A stretch of 34,149 bases of DNA, from contig JBKPQU010000434.1 of assembly GCA_046734255.1 (NCBI GenBank), positions 1 to 34,149 of the forward strand, read 5' to 3'. Of this stretch, positions 9,273 to 17,911 are shown in pieces; position 1 is the stretch's first letter, and each line of letters begins with the position of its first letter. The notes below the pieces were generated by a model that was not told where the DNA came from, ran no database searches, and worked only from the letters and a program-made list of their open reading frames with translations. Source of the stretch: Actinomycetota bacterium. GTDB taxonomy: Bacteria; Actinomycetota; Actinomycetes; Actinomycetales; Kineosporiaceae. Both the position numbers and the translations under genes were made by a program.

Positions 9273-10202
9273 GTGACCCGAGGAGCCGCGCAGCCCGTGC
9301 AGCAGCCATCGAATGAGCGTGCCCTGGTCGTGGTGGTGCCGCCGGCCAGCTCGTTGATCGCGCCCGCCGACGCGCTCGTCCGGATCACGCGGCTCGTCCT
9401 GGGGGCCACGGGCCTGGCCGTCGACGCCCTGCAGGCGCTGCTGGAGACCACGGTGCCGGGCGATCACGAGGCCACGGGTGCCGGCCGGGCGCCGCCGGGC
9501 CCGCCGATGATCCCGGGCGCCGCGATCGGCCTGTACCTGGAGGCGCAGCGCCGCGGGCTGCGCGCGGCGTCGGTGCTGACCGGTCGTGTGACGCCGGCGG
9601 TGGTGATCGCCGTCCGCCCGCTGGTCGCCCACGGACCGCTGGCATCCGCCCGCCGCCGGATCGGCCTCGAGGACTGGAGCATGCGCGGCCTGGCCGAGCA
9701 GCGCCGCAACCAGCTCGCGGCGACCGCGTTCATCCGGGCCCTGATCGGTGGGGTCGTCACGGCCGTGCTGGAGCAGGTGGATCTGGACTCCGTCGTGGCC
9801 CGCGTGGACCTGGACCAGATCATCGAGCGGCTCGACCTCGACGCGATCGTGGCGCGCGTCGACATCGAGGCGATCATCCGCCGGGTCGACGTCGCCGGTG
9901 TGGTCGATCAGGTGATGGACGAGGTCGACATCGCTGAGATCGTCCGCGAGTCGAGTACCACGATGGCGACCGAGACCGTGGACGCGCTGCGCGTCCAGGG
10001 GATGAACGCCGACCGCGTGCTGGGCCGGATCGTCGACCGCGTGCTGCGGCGTGGTGCGGAGCGCCAGACCGGTCTGGCGCCGGCGCCGGCAGGCGCCCTG
10101 CCGCCCGCGCAGCCCGGAGAGCCCGGGGTCCCCCTGGAGGAGGCCCCCTCCGGGGAGCCCTCCGTCGGGGAGGGCTCCCCGGAGGGGGAGGAGGAGGCGT
10201 GA
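9273..10202 (+). CDS. hypothetical protein with tandem VD(L/I)D-x5-R decapeptide repeats and an acidic Pro/Glu-rich tail
   Basis: 309-aa ORF (GTG start uncertain). Core EQVDLDSVVARVDLDQIIERLDLDAIVARVDIEAIIRRVDVAGVVDQVMDEVDIAEIV. The stop overlaps the next gene start (GTGA at 10199-10202). Confidence 0.6.
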   Translation: MTRGAAQPVQQPSNERALVVVVPPASSLIAPADALVRITRLVLGATGLAVDALQALLETTVPGDHEATGAGRAPPGPPMIPGAAIGLYLEAQRRGLRAASVLTGRVTPAVVIAVRPLVAHGPLASARRRIGLEDWSMRGLAEQRRNQLAATAFIRALIGGVVTAVLEQVDLDSVVARVDLDQIIERLDLDAIVARVDIEAIIRRVDVAGVVDQVMDEVDIAEIVRESSTTMATETVDALRVQGMNADRVLGRIVDRVLRRGAERQTGLAPAPAGALPPAQPGEPGVPLEEAPSGEPSVGEGSPEGEEEA

Positions 10203-10690
10203 GCGAGGTGATCCGCGGCGGCAGCGCAGGCCATGAACTGCAGGGGCACCGGGCCGGGTTCGCCTCCCGGGTGGCGGCGGACGCCGTCGATCTCGTCGTG
10301 GTCTGGCTGCTCGGTCTGGCCCTTCTGCTGGCCGTCGGGGCGACCCGCTACATGCTGTTCGGGCCGCCGTTCCGCCTTCCGGACGCGTCCGTGTCGACGG
10401 AGGGACTGCTCGGCTTCCTCATCGCCGTCTCCTACCTCACCTTCGGTTGGGCGACCACCGGACGGACATTGGGCAAGCAACTGGCCGGGCTGCGCGCCGT
10501 CAGCCGCAACGGCGATCGGCTGCCGGTCGCCCGTGCGCTGCTGCGCGCCGTGCTGTGCGTGCTCTTCCCGGTCGGGCTGCTGTGGGTGCTGGTCAGCCGC
10601 CGCAACTACGCCGTCCACGACCTGCTGGTGCGCAGCGCGGTCGTCTACGACTGGTACTACCACGCCCCGCCCGAGCAGGACTCCGTCTGA
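10199..10690 (+). CDS. RDD-family membrane protein
   Basis: GFASRVAADAVDLVVVWLL..., GRTLGKQLAGLRAV..., HDLLVRSAVVYD. Three TM helices with the R..D..D pattern. GGAGGAGGAGG SD. Translationally coupled to the upstream ORF. Confidence 0.8.
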   Translation: MSEVIRGGSAGHELQGHRAGFASRVAADAVDLVVVWLLGLALLLAVGATRYMLFGPPFRLPDASVSTEGLLGFLIAVSYLTFGWATTGRTLGKQLAGLRAVSRNGDRLPVARALLRAVLCVLFPVGLLWVLVSRRNYAVHDLLVRSAVVYDWYYHAPPEQDSV

Positions 10691-10726
10691 CGATGCGATG
10701 AGGGAGCGGCCCGGCGTGCCCGGCGG

Positions 10727-10954
10727 TCAGGAGGGCAGGTCGGGGACCTGCCGGTCCGGGAGGCGCCGGACCTCGATCAACTCCAGGCCGAGGGCCTGGA
10801 TCCGATCCAGCAGTCCGTAGAGCGCGGCCTGGTCCGCCACCGGCCCGTGGAGCACGGTCTCGACCGGCTCCACCGTCGCGTCCAACCCTTCGAACGCGGC
10901 GATCAAGGAGTCGCTCAAGCGCCCCTTGATGCGGATCTCATAGCTTCCCGCCAC
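10727..10954 (-). CDS. small (75 aa) conserved actinobacterial protein, YEIR..GR...GPV.DQ.AL..LL.RI..LGLE family (paralog 1)
   Basis: VAGSYEIRIKGRLSDSLIAAFEGLDATVEPVETVLHGPVADQAALYGLLDRIQALGLELIEVRRLP. Start set at GTG 10954 by homology with the paralog at 11211. The track start at 11041 adds an Arg/Pro-rich extension. Confidence 0.6.
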   Translation of the reverse strand: MAGSYEIRIKGRLSDSLIAAFEGLDATVEPVETVLHGPVADQAALYGLLDRIQALGLELIEVRRLPDRQVPDLPS

Positions 10955-11014
10955 TGGCGGACTACCTCTCGATGCCGGCGGATCGCGCCCACGGATGCGG
11001 AGGCAAACAGCGTG

Positions 11015-11033
11015 CCGCCCAGCTGGGTGAGCG
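11015..11033 (-). promoter_or_regulatory. perfect 19-bp palindrome GGGTGA-N7-TCACCC upstream of paralog 1
   Basis: The plus strand reads GGGTGA-GCGGGCA-TCACCC. The minus (gene) strand reads GGGTGATGCCCGCTCACCC. About 75 nt upstream of GTG 10954. Overlaps a second palindrome TCACC-CTGATCA-GGTGA (11028-11044). Confidence 0.5.
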
Positions 11034-11078
11034 GGCATCACCCTGATCAGGTGAGTTCAAAGTCCGCGAACCGGCTCG

Positions 11079-11135
11079 GGACGGCTGGGGGTGATTCGGG
11101 CACCGGGCGCACGAGTCACCCCTGGGGGGTGATGC
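11079..11135 (+). promoter_or_regulatory. GGGTGA/TCACCC motif cluster upstream of paralog 2
   Basis: GGGTGA(11079-11084)-N21-TCACCCC(11106-11112). Then GGGTGA-TGCCCGC-CGACCC (11117-11135), which has the same 13-nt left part GGGTGATGCCCGC as the 11015-11033 site but a 4/6 right half-site. Confidence 0.45.
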
Positions 11136-11210
11136 CCGCCGACCCTCCTCTGCGGGACCGTGTCGTCGTCCAGCGGTGGCACGACCTTGCAGCGCGCACC
11201 GGGGGTACGA

Positions 11211-11477
11211 ATGGAACCGACTCATTACGAGATTCGCCTGCGGGGGCGGGTGGAGGCGTTGGCCTTCGAGGACTTCGGCCAGTTTCGCGCCGCCGCGCGT
11301 CCGGTGCAGACCGTTCTTCGCGGGCCCGTGCAGGACCAGCTTGCGCTGTCGAAGCTGCTCGCGCGCATCCGCCTTCTCGGGCTCGAGGTGATCAGCGCGC
11401 GGCGGCTGCCCGGATCCAGGCGCCCTAGCCCCGAGGCGCAGTCGGTCGATAACGACGAGAGGACGCACGATGAGTGA
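11211..11477 (+). CDS. small (88 aa) conserved actinobacterial protein, same family as 10727-10954 (paralog 2)
   Basis: MEPTHYEIRLRGRVEALAFEDFGQFRAAARPVQTVLRGPVQDQLALSKLLARIRLLGLEVISARRLP. ATG 11211 after GGGGG. The 3' end overlaps the HdeD-like start by 8 nt. Confidence 0.65.
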   Translation: MEPTHYEIRLRGRVEALAFEDFGQFRAAARPVQTVLRGPVQDQLALSKLLARIRLLGLEVISARRLPGSRRPSPEAQSVDNDERTHDE

Positions 11478-12075
11478 CATCCCGATGCCGGGTGTCGCGG
11501 ACGGCGCTCAGGCCGCCGCCCGCGATCTGGCCAGGACCTGGTGGGTCTTCCTGGTCATCGGCATCTTCTGGATCATTTTCGGCCTGTTCGTCCTGTCCTA
11601 CAACGTCGGCAGCCTGGTGGCGCTGGCGGTCTTCGCCGGCGTGACGTTCATCATCACCGGAGTGGACCAGATCTTCACCGCGTTCCGCGTGGACAGCTGG
11701 CGCTGGCTGTGGCTGCTCGGCGGCATCCTGTCGCTCGTCGCCGGGATCATCACGTTCGCCTGGCCGGGCAAGACCCTGCTCGTGATCTCCGTGCTGCTGG
11801 CGTGGTTCCTGGTGTTCAAGGGCACGATCGACGCGATCAGCGCGCTGGCCAACATGCACCAGCCCTGGTGGTGGGTCGGCCTCATCCTCGGCGTCCTGGA
11901 GTTCATCCTCGGCGTGTGGGCCGCGGGCTACCCCGGCCGATCGCTGTTCGTGTTTGTCAACCTGGTCGGCATCTACGCCCTGTTCCACGGCTTCAGCGAG
12001 ATCTTCGCCGCCTTCGCCGTCCGCCACGTCAGGGACCACCTGCCGCCAGGAGGTCCGCCGCCGGCCCTCGCCTGA
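11470..12075 (+). CDS. HdeD-family (DUF308) acid-resistance-type membrane protein
   Basis: Six hydrophobic helices with the typical WW..LL.G...I..G pattern (WWVFLVIGIFWIIFGLFVL, WRWLWLLGGILSLVAGIITFAWP, WWWVGLILGVLEFILGVWA). Confidence 0.8.
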   Translation: MSDIPMPGVADGAQAAARDLARTWWVFLVIGIFWIIFGLFVLSYNVGSLVALAVFAGVTFIITGVDQIFTAFRVDSWRWLWLLGGILSLVAGIITFAWPGKTLLVISVLLAWFLVFKGTIDAISALANMHQPWWWVGLILGVLEFILGVWAAGYPGRSLFVFVNLVGIYALFHGFSEIFAAFAVRHVRDHLPPGGPPPALA

Positions 12076-12082
12076 GGACGGT

Positions 12083-14800
12083 TCAGAGCAGCTGCAGTTC
12101 CTTGGCCCGGCGGACAGCGTCCCTCCGCCGGTTGGTGTCGAGCTTCCGGTAGATGCTCCTGACGTGGGTCTTGACGGTGTTCACCGACACGTACAGCTCC
12201 GCCGCGATCTCGCTGGCCGACAACATGCTGGACAGGTAGCGGAGCACGATCCGCTCACGCTCGCTGAGCGGCTCGACCGGCCCGTCCGCACCCGAGGCCG
12301 CGACGACCGACCGGCCGAGCGTCTCGAGCAGCTCCGCCACCCCCGGCTGGGCCGCGCCCTCCTCGAGATGGCGGGCGAGCAGCACCCGGGCCGGGTCCCC
12401 GGCCTCGACGAACACCCGGCGGAATCCCTCGGGGGCGGCGAGTTCGATTGCGCGCTCCAGCGAGTGACCGGCTCGGTCGTGCTCGGCCAGTTCCGACGAG
12501 ATCATGGCGTCCAGCAGCCATGCCTCGATCCGCGCAGGGAGCCGGAGCTCGGCGGCCTCGTCGCCGAGCTCGCGAAGGCGGATCCGGGCGGCACCGACGG
12601 GATCGCCGTTGACCAGGCGCAGGCGGGCCAGCATCACCGCGTCCTCGGCGGTCGGCCGTCCCACTCGGCGACGCTCGAAGATCTCCAGAGCCGCCTCCGG
12701 CTCACCGGCGGCCACCAGGAGCCTCGCCTCCAGCCGCCGGGCCGCTCCGTCGAGGAGGCTCGCCTGCGGCCTGCCCAGCTCGCGCAGCGCGGCCCGGAGG
12801 CTGCCCAGGCCGTCGGCGGCGTCCTCGTGACCCAGGCAGACCAGGAGCCACGCCTCCACCAGCGCCGCGGCCAGCGCCACCGTCCGATCGCTCCGCGCGC
12901 TCGTCATCCCGGTCGCGCGTTCGACCGCCTGAGCCGCGTTATCGAGATCGTTCCGGTGGTACAGGACGCCGGCGAGCGCCAGCTCGGCACATGCCTGCGC
13001 CGGACTCGCCGGCCAGCCGGCCCGGACGGCGCGGTCACGGGTGGCGCCGGCCAGCTCGACGGCGCGGGTGAGGCGACCGCTCAGCATCTCGAGCACGGCG
13101 AGGTGTCCCGTGGTGTCCAGCACGACGTCGTCCCGGCCGCTCCGCTCGGCGTCCACCCGCGCCGCTCTCAGCTGGGTGGCCGCCACGGCGAACCGGCCGT
13201 TCCACAGCTCCGCCGCCCCGAGGTTCGCCAGGGCGAGGCTGCGGCGGGTCGGACCGTCGGCGAGCTGCAGTCCGCCCGGCTCGGACGGGAGCGCCAGCAG
13301 CTCCTCCGCGGACGCGCTCGCCGACACCAGGTCACCGTGCAGCCGTGCCCGGTACAGCCGCGCGATGGTCCGGGCGGCCATGAACCGGTCACCCCCGGCA
13401 GGCACCGGGCCCGCAGCCTCGTCGGCGCGGGACAGCCAGTCGTCCGCCTGCTCCGGTGCCCCCAGCGCGAGCTGGCCGATTGCCGCGACGACGGACAGTT
13501 CGGGGTCCGCCCTCAGGTGCGCCGCGGGCAGCTGCCCGAGCAGGTCGACCAGCGCGGACACGCGGCCGTCGGCGAGCATCGTGAACCAGTGGACGGTGAG
13601 CAGCTCGGCGGCCAGCCCGGTATCGGCCGCGAGCAGCGCGTGGTGGAACGCCTCCGCGGCCATGCCCTGAACGCCGTACCAGGTCGCGGCGCGGCGGTGC
13701 AGCTCGGCCACCCGCCCGGGCTGCTTGCGCTGCAGCTCGGCGCGGAGCAGCTGGGCGAACAGCGGATGGTAGGCGTACCAGTCGTGCTGCGGGCCAAGAG
13801 CGGTCAGGAAGGCGTGCTCGCTGGCCAGTCGAGCGAGCACCGCGGCGCTGCCGGTGCGGCCCACGAGCGCGTCCGCGAGGCCGCCGCACAGCCGGTCCGC
13901 CACGCTGGTGGACAGCATGAACTGCCGCGCGTCCGGTGTCTGGCGGGTGAGCACCTCCTCGGCCAGGTACCCGGCCACGGCCCAGTTCTCGCCGGTGAAC
14001 TCGGCCACGAACCGTTCCGGCTCGGGGTGGCGGCGAAGCGACTGGGCCGCCAGCCGCAGCCCGGCGGCCCAGCCCTCGGTGCAGGCCCACAGCGACTCGA
14101 GGTCAGCCGCGGTCAGGCGCACCTCGGCGTCGTCGAGGAACTGCTCGGCCTCGGCCAGGGTGAACGCCAGATCCGCGGCCCTGATCTCGGCGATCTCCCC
14201 GGTCACCCGCAGCCGGTGCAGTGGGAGCTGGGGATCCGCCCGGGTGGCCAGAACCAGTCGAAGTTGCGGCGGCGCGTGCTGCATGAGGAACCGCAGCTGG
14301 CCCATGACGGCCGGGTTCCGGACCTCGTGCAGGTCGTCGAGCACGATGACGACCGGGGTGGTGAACGTGGCCAGCCCGTTGACGAGCTGCACCAGGAAGC
14401 CGTAGTCGCCCGTACTGACCGGCGCGGCCGCACCGGCCAGGGCGGTGTCGTCGATCGTGGCGCCGCTCTGCCGCAGCGCGGCCAGCACGTGGGTCCAGAG
14501 CCTGGTCGCGTCATCCTGGGCGTCCAGCGTCACCCAGGCCACGGGACCGGGCGGCTGTCCGCCGGCGAGCCAGGAGGCGAGCAGAACGGTCTTGCCGGAT
14601 CCGGCGGGCGCGGCCAGCAGGGTGAGGGGCCGCCGTGCTGCCTGGTCCAGCATGGTGAGCAGCCGCGGCCGGATCACCGGGCTGCGGGAGAGCTGCGGCA
14701 CCGCCAACTTCGTGACCAGCAGCGCGCCGCCGCCTGACGGGCGGGGCGGAACACCAGGTAGGCCCAAACCCGGCTCCATCCGAGCACACCGGCCGGTCAC
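12083..14800 (-). CDS. LAL-type (MalT-like) large ATP-binding LuxR-family regulator
   Basis: N-terminal P-loop LLAAPAGSGKTVLL, a long TPR/helical middle, and a C-terminal LuxR HTH LSERERIVLRYLSSMLSASEIAAELYVSVNTVKTHVRSIYRKL. Start GTG 14800 or ATG 14779. Confidence 0.85.
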   Translation of the reverse strand: MTGRCARMEPGLGLPGVPPRPSGGGALLVTKLAVPQLSRSPVIRPRLLTMLDQAARRPLTLLAAPAGSGKTVLLASWLAGGQPPGPVAWVTLDAQDDATRLWTHVLAALRQSGATIDDTALAGAAAPVSTGDYGFLVQLVNGLATFTTPVVIVLDDLHEVRNPAVMGQLRFLMQHAPPQLRLVLATRADPQLPLHRLRVTGEIAEIRAADLAFTLAEAEQFLDDAEVRLTAADLESLWACTEGWAAGLRLAAQSLRRHPEPERFVAEFTGENWAVAGYLAEEVLTRQTPDARQFMLSTSVADRLCGGLADALVGRTGSAAVLARLASEHAFLTALGPQHDWYAYHPLFAQLLRAELQRKQPGRVAELHRRAATWYGVQGMAAEAFHHALLAADTGLAAELLTVHWFTMLADGRVSALVDLLGQLPAAHLRADPELSVVAAIGQLALGAPEQADDWLSRADEAAGPVPAGGDRFMAARTIARLYRARLHGDLVSASASAEELLALPSEPGGLQLADGPTRRSLALANLGAAELWNGRFAVAATQLRAARVDAERSGRDDVVLDTTGHLAVLEMLSGRLTRAVELAGATRDRAVRAGWPASPAQACAELALAGVLYHRNDLDNAAQAVERATGMTSARSDRTVALAAALVEAWLLVCLGHEDAADGLGSLRAALRELGRPQASLLDGAARRLEARLLVAAGEPEAALEIFERRRVGRPTAEDAVMLARLRLVNGDPVGAARIRLRELGDEAAELRLPARIEAWLLDAMISSELAEHDRAGHSLERAIELAAPEGFRRVFVEAGDPARVLLARHLEEGAAQPGVAELLETLGRSVVAASGADGPVEPLSERERIVLRYLSSMLSASEIAAELYVSVNTVKTHVRSIYRKLDTNRRRDAVRRAKELQLL

Positions 14801-14898
14801 GCGACCGCGTGGTCCAGGCGGCTGCTACCCGTGGCTCTGTGTCGGTTGTCCCTTGACCAGCGATGAAGACTGTATGAGGGTGGCGTAAGCACTTTGTA

Positions 14899-17247
14899 AT
14901 GATCGGCGGGAGCATGTCGCTTCAAGTCGCCCTGGCGGGTCAACTCCGAGTTACCTCGGACGGGACATCGCTCGACGGAACCCGCCTGGCCGGCCGGCAG
15001 GGACGCGTGGTCCTCGCCTACCTCGTCACCGAACGTCACCGGCCGGTACCGATCGAGGAGCTGGCCGAGGCGATCTGGGATGCCTCGCCGCCACGGACGT
15101 GGCGGACCGCCCTTCGCGGAGCGGTCAGCAGCGTGCGGAGCTTCCTGGGCTCCCTCGGACTGCCCGCCGCCGAACTCCTCACCGCCTCCTCCGGCTGCTA
15201 CCAGCTCAACCTCCCCGACGACACGGCCGTGGACATCGAGCTGGCCGCCCGGTACGCCGAGGCCGCCACGGAGGCGCTGGACGCGCGCGACATGCCGGGC
15301 GCTGTGGCCGCGGCCCGATCGGCCCGGGCCATCGCCCGGTCCACGCTGCTGCCCGGGCTGGACAGCGCGTGGATCGAGCGCCGCCGTGCGCTCCTGCACG
15401 AGACGCTCGTGCGCAGCCTGGAGGTGCTCGCCGACGCCCATCTGGGCGCGCAACACGGCGCTCTCGCGGTGGAATCTGCCCGGGAGCTCGTGCAGCTGGA
15501 GCCGTTCCGCGAGTCGGCACACCTGCGACTGGTGCGCGCCCTGGCCGCCGCCGGTGACCGGGGCGAAGCCCTGCGCGCGTTCGAGCGCTGCCGCCGGTTG
15601 CTGGCGGAGGAGTTGGGCATCGACCCCTCCCCCGAGCTCGAGGTCGCCTACCTCGATGTGCTGCGCGCCGAGCCGTCCGACGAGCCACCCCCGGGCGGCC
15701 GGGAGCCCCAAGCGCGGCAAAGCGACCTGTTCGTCGGGCGCGCCACCGAGATCGGCCACCTGCGAACCGCGTGGGAGGGCGCCCGAGCCGGCCGGCGCCG
15801 CGGCGCGCTGATCATGGGGGAAGCCGGCATCGGCAAGAGCCGGCTGGTGGCCGAGGTGACAGCGGAGGCGGTGGGGGACGGTGCCGTCGTGCTGTCGGGC
15901 AGCTGCGAGGAGCACCTGCGAGTCGCCTACCTGCCCTTGCGCCAGGCCATCGGTCACCACCTGGCCACCCGCACGCCGGAGCAGCTGGAGGAGCTGGTCG
16001 ATCGAGGTGGGCCATGGATCCGGCGGTGGCCGGAGCTGGCCTGGCGGGTCGAGGGGTCCCCTGACCCGGGCTCCGGGCCCGGAGACCAGCGCTACCTGCT
16101 GTCCGAGACGTTCGTCGACCTGTTGCGGGCCATTGCCGCAGGAGCAGCTGTGGTGCTGGTACTGGAGGACGTGCAGTGGGCCGACGACCCGAGCCTCGAA
16201 CTGGTCCGCCATCTCGCCCGCGCCCCTGCGCCGGCCGGGCTGCTGCTTCTGGTCACCTGCCGCACCGATGAGGAGCTCAGCCCGGGCGTCGGAGCCGCCC
16301 TGGCGGACCTGTCGCGAGCACCCTGGGTGGCCGACATCCCGCTTGCGAGCCTGCAGGTGAGCGAGGTGGCCGCGATGGTCGACCTGCTGATCGACTCAGC
16401 CGCCGGTCGGCGGTCGGGCACGGGTCGGGACCTCAGCGCGGGCGTGCTGCACCGCCGCACCGGCGGGAACCCCTTCCTGGTCGGCGAACTGCTGCGGCAC
16501 CTGACCGAGACCGGGGAGCCGGCCGGAGCGGATCCCGCCCCGCCGGCCGCCGGGGTCGCCGACGACGAGGTCCCGCCGTCCGTACGCCTGGTCGTGGGGC
16601 ATCGACTGGCCCGGCTGCCCGGACGGGCCGGCGAGCTGGTCGAGGCCGCAGCCGTCGTGGGCGACGAGGTGGACGTCGCCGTGCTCGCGGGGGTCGTGGA
16701 CATCCGTCACGCCGAGGTGGTCGCCGCACTCGATGCCGCGACCCGGGCGGGCCTGCTGGACGAGTGCCCGGGCGTGCCCGGTCGGTACGTCTTCCGGCAC
16801 CCGATCGTGCACGACGCCGTGTACGCCGGCGTGCCGGCGGGCAGGAGGTCCCTGCTGCACCATCGGGTCGGCACGGCGATCGAGGCCGCCCCCGGCGGCT
16901 CCTCGCGGCTCCGGGAGCTGGCCGACCACTTCGCGCTCGGATCGGAGCCGACCGACGCCGGGAAAGCCGTCGACTACGCGCGTCGGGCGGGTGACGCGGC
17001 GCTGGCCGAGCTGCGCTACGAGGACTCCGCCGACAGCTACCGGCAGGCGCTCGCCCGCCTCGATCGCACGGTCTGCGACGACAGCCGCCGCCGCGAGCTC
17101 CACCTCGCCCTGGCCGAGGCCCTGGCCGGCGCGGGCCGGCCCGCCGCGGCGGAGGAGGTGTTGCGGGAAGCGGGTGTCACCGGTGGGGGGACCCGCCGAC
17201 CGAACGCGGGGCAGGGCAGCGCGCCTGCCGGTCACCGCCCGCCGTAA
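14899..17247 (+). CDS. SARP/AfsR-like regulator (OmpR-type winged helix + BTAD + P-loop NTPase)
   Basis: Winged helix RVVLAYLVTERHRPVPIEELAEAIW. BTAD FRESAHLRLVRALAAAGDRGEALRAFERCRRLLAEELGIDPSPEL. P-loop IMGEAGIGKSRL. Start ATG 14899 or ATG 14914. Confidence 0.85.
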   Translation: MIGGSMSLQVALAGQLRVTSDGTSLDGTRLAGRQGRVVLAYLVTERHRPVPIEELAEAIWDASPPRTWRTALRGAVSSVRSFLGSLGLPAAELLTASSGCYQLNLPDDTAVDIELAARYAEAATEALDARDMPGAVAAARSARAIARSTLLPGLDSAWIERRRALLHETLVRSLEVLADAHLGAQHGALAVESARELVQLEPFRESAHLRLVRALAAAGDRGEALRAFERCRRLLAEELGIDPSPELEVAYLDVLRAEPSDEPPPGGREPQARQSDLFVGRATEIGHLRTAWEGARAGRRRGALIMGEAGIGKSRLVAEVTAEAVGDGAVVLSGSCEEHLRVAYLPLRQAIGHHLATRTPEQLEELVDRGGPWIRRWPELAWRVEGSPDPGSGPGDQRYLLSETFVDLLRAIAAGAAVVLVLEDVQWADDPSLELVRHLARAPAPAGLLLLVTCRTDEELSPGVGAALADLSRAPWVADIPLASLQVSEVAAMVDLLIDSAAGRRSGTGRDLSAGVLHRRTGGNPFLVGELLRHLTETGEPAGADPAPPAAGVADDEVPPSVRLVVGHRLARLPGRAGELVEAAAVVGDEVDVAVLAGVVDIRHAEVVAALDAATRAGLLDECPGVPGRYVFRHPIVHDAVYAGVPAGRRSLLHHRVGTAIEAAPGGSSRLRELADHFALGSEPTDAGKAVDYARRAGDAALAELRYEDSADSYRQALARLDRTVCDDSRRRELHLALAEALAGAGRPAAAEEVLREAGVTGGGTRRPNAGQGSAPAGHRPP

Positions 17248-17762
17248 CCCCCGCCGTAACTCGGGCCCGCCTCGGGGCCTGGCGGGCGCGGCGTGGTGAC
17301 GTGCAGCGCGCTGTGTGCGACCCCGGAGACCAGGCTCCCGATCGCCGCCCCGATCGCCAGGTAGATGACGGCGGTGGCGAGCTTGGCGTCCATCTCCGCG
17401 CCCGTCATGAACGGCAGCAGCATCGCGATGACCGTGGCCAGCGTCACGATCCAGCCGAAGAACTGGAACGGCCGTGGGGTGGACAGCAGCAGCAGGTGCA
17501 TGAGCCCGGTGGCCACCAGCGCGCCGACGGCGCTGAGCAGCGCCAGCCGGGCGGTGTCCGCGTCGCCCAGCGCACCTTTGGTCGTCGGGGCGAGGACCGG
17601 GACGTCGAACAGCCCCCTCGCGATCAGGATGCCTGCCACCGCCACGAGCGCGGCCACGACCGCCGTGGCCAGCCCGCCTGTCCACAGCCGGACGGCGTCC
17701 ACGCGCACGACCGGCCGACCGCCGTCCCCGCTCTCCCCGCCGAGGTATGGGGGTACCGCCAT
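17232..17762 (-). CDS. hypothetical integral membrane protein (about 4 TM, Gly/Tyr-rich C-terminus)
   Basis: ATG 17762 behind GGGAGGAG. Helices GGLATAVVAALVAVAGILIA, LALLSAVGALVATGLMHLLLL, FFGWIVTLATVIAMLLPF, LATAVIYLAIGAAIGSLV. The 3' end overlaps the SARP gene stop region by 16 nt (convergent). Confidence 0.55.
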   Translation of the reverse strand: MAVPPYLGGESGDGGRPVVRVDAVRLWTGGLATAVVAALVAVAGILIARGLFDVPVLAPTTKGALGDADTARLALLSAVGALVATGLMHLLLLSTPRPFQFFGWIVTLATVIAMLLPFMTGAEMDAKLATAVIYLAIGAAIGSLVSGVAHSALHVTTPRPPGPEAGPSYGGGYGGR

Positions 17763-17911
17763 GGCTGCTCCTCCCGACTGGCGTCGCCGCCCCTTGGTGA
17801 GCTCCGGTAGGCCCGTCAGGCGACCGGGTGAGCGATCCTACCTGCCCGGAATGACCGGCCCGCCCCGCTCTTGCGCCCAGGCCATCGCGCCGCTCGGATC
17901 TCATCCTGACC

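Noticed and set aside
10955-11041. Longer form of small paralog 1 starting at GTG-ATG inside the 19-bp palindrome. The motif also encodes M-P/T-x-H-P mini-ORF starts at 7721, 11122 and 17917.
   Set aside because: The 29-aa extension is Arg/Pro-rich and has no counterpart in paralog 2. The mini-ORFs differ in length and frame relative to the downstream genes, so the MPxHP similarity follows from the DNA palindrome itself. Not fully excluded as leaderless uORFs.
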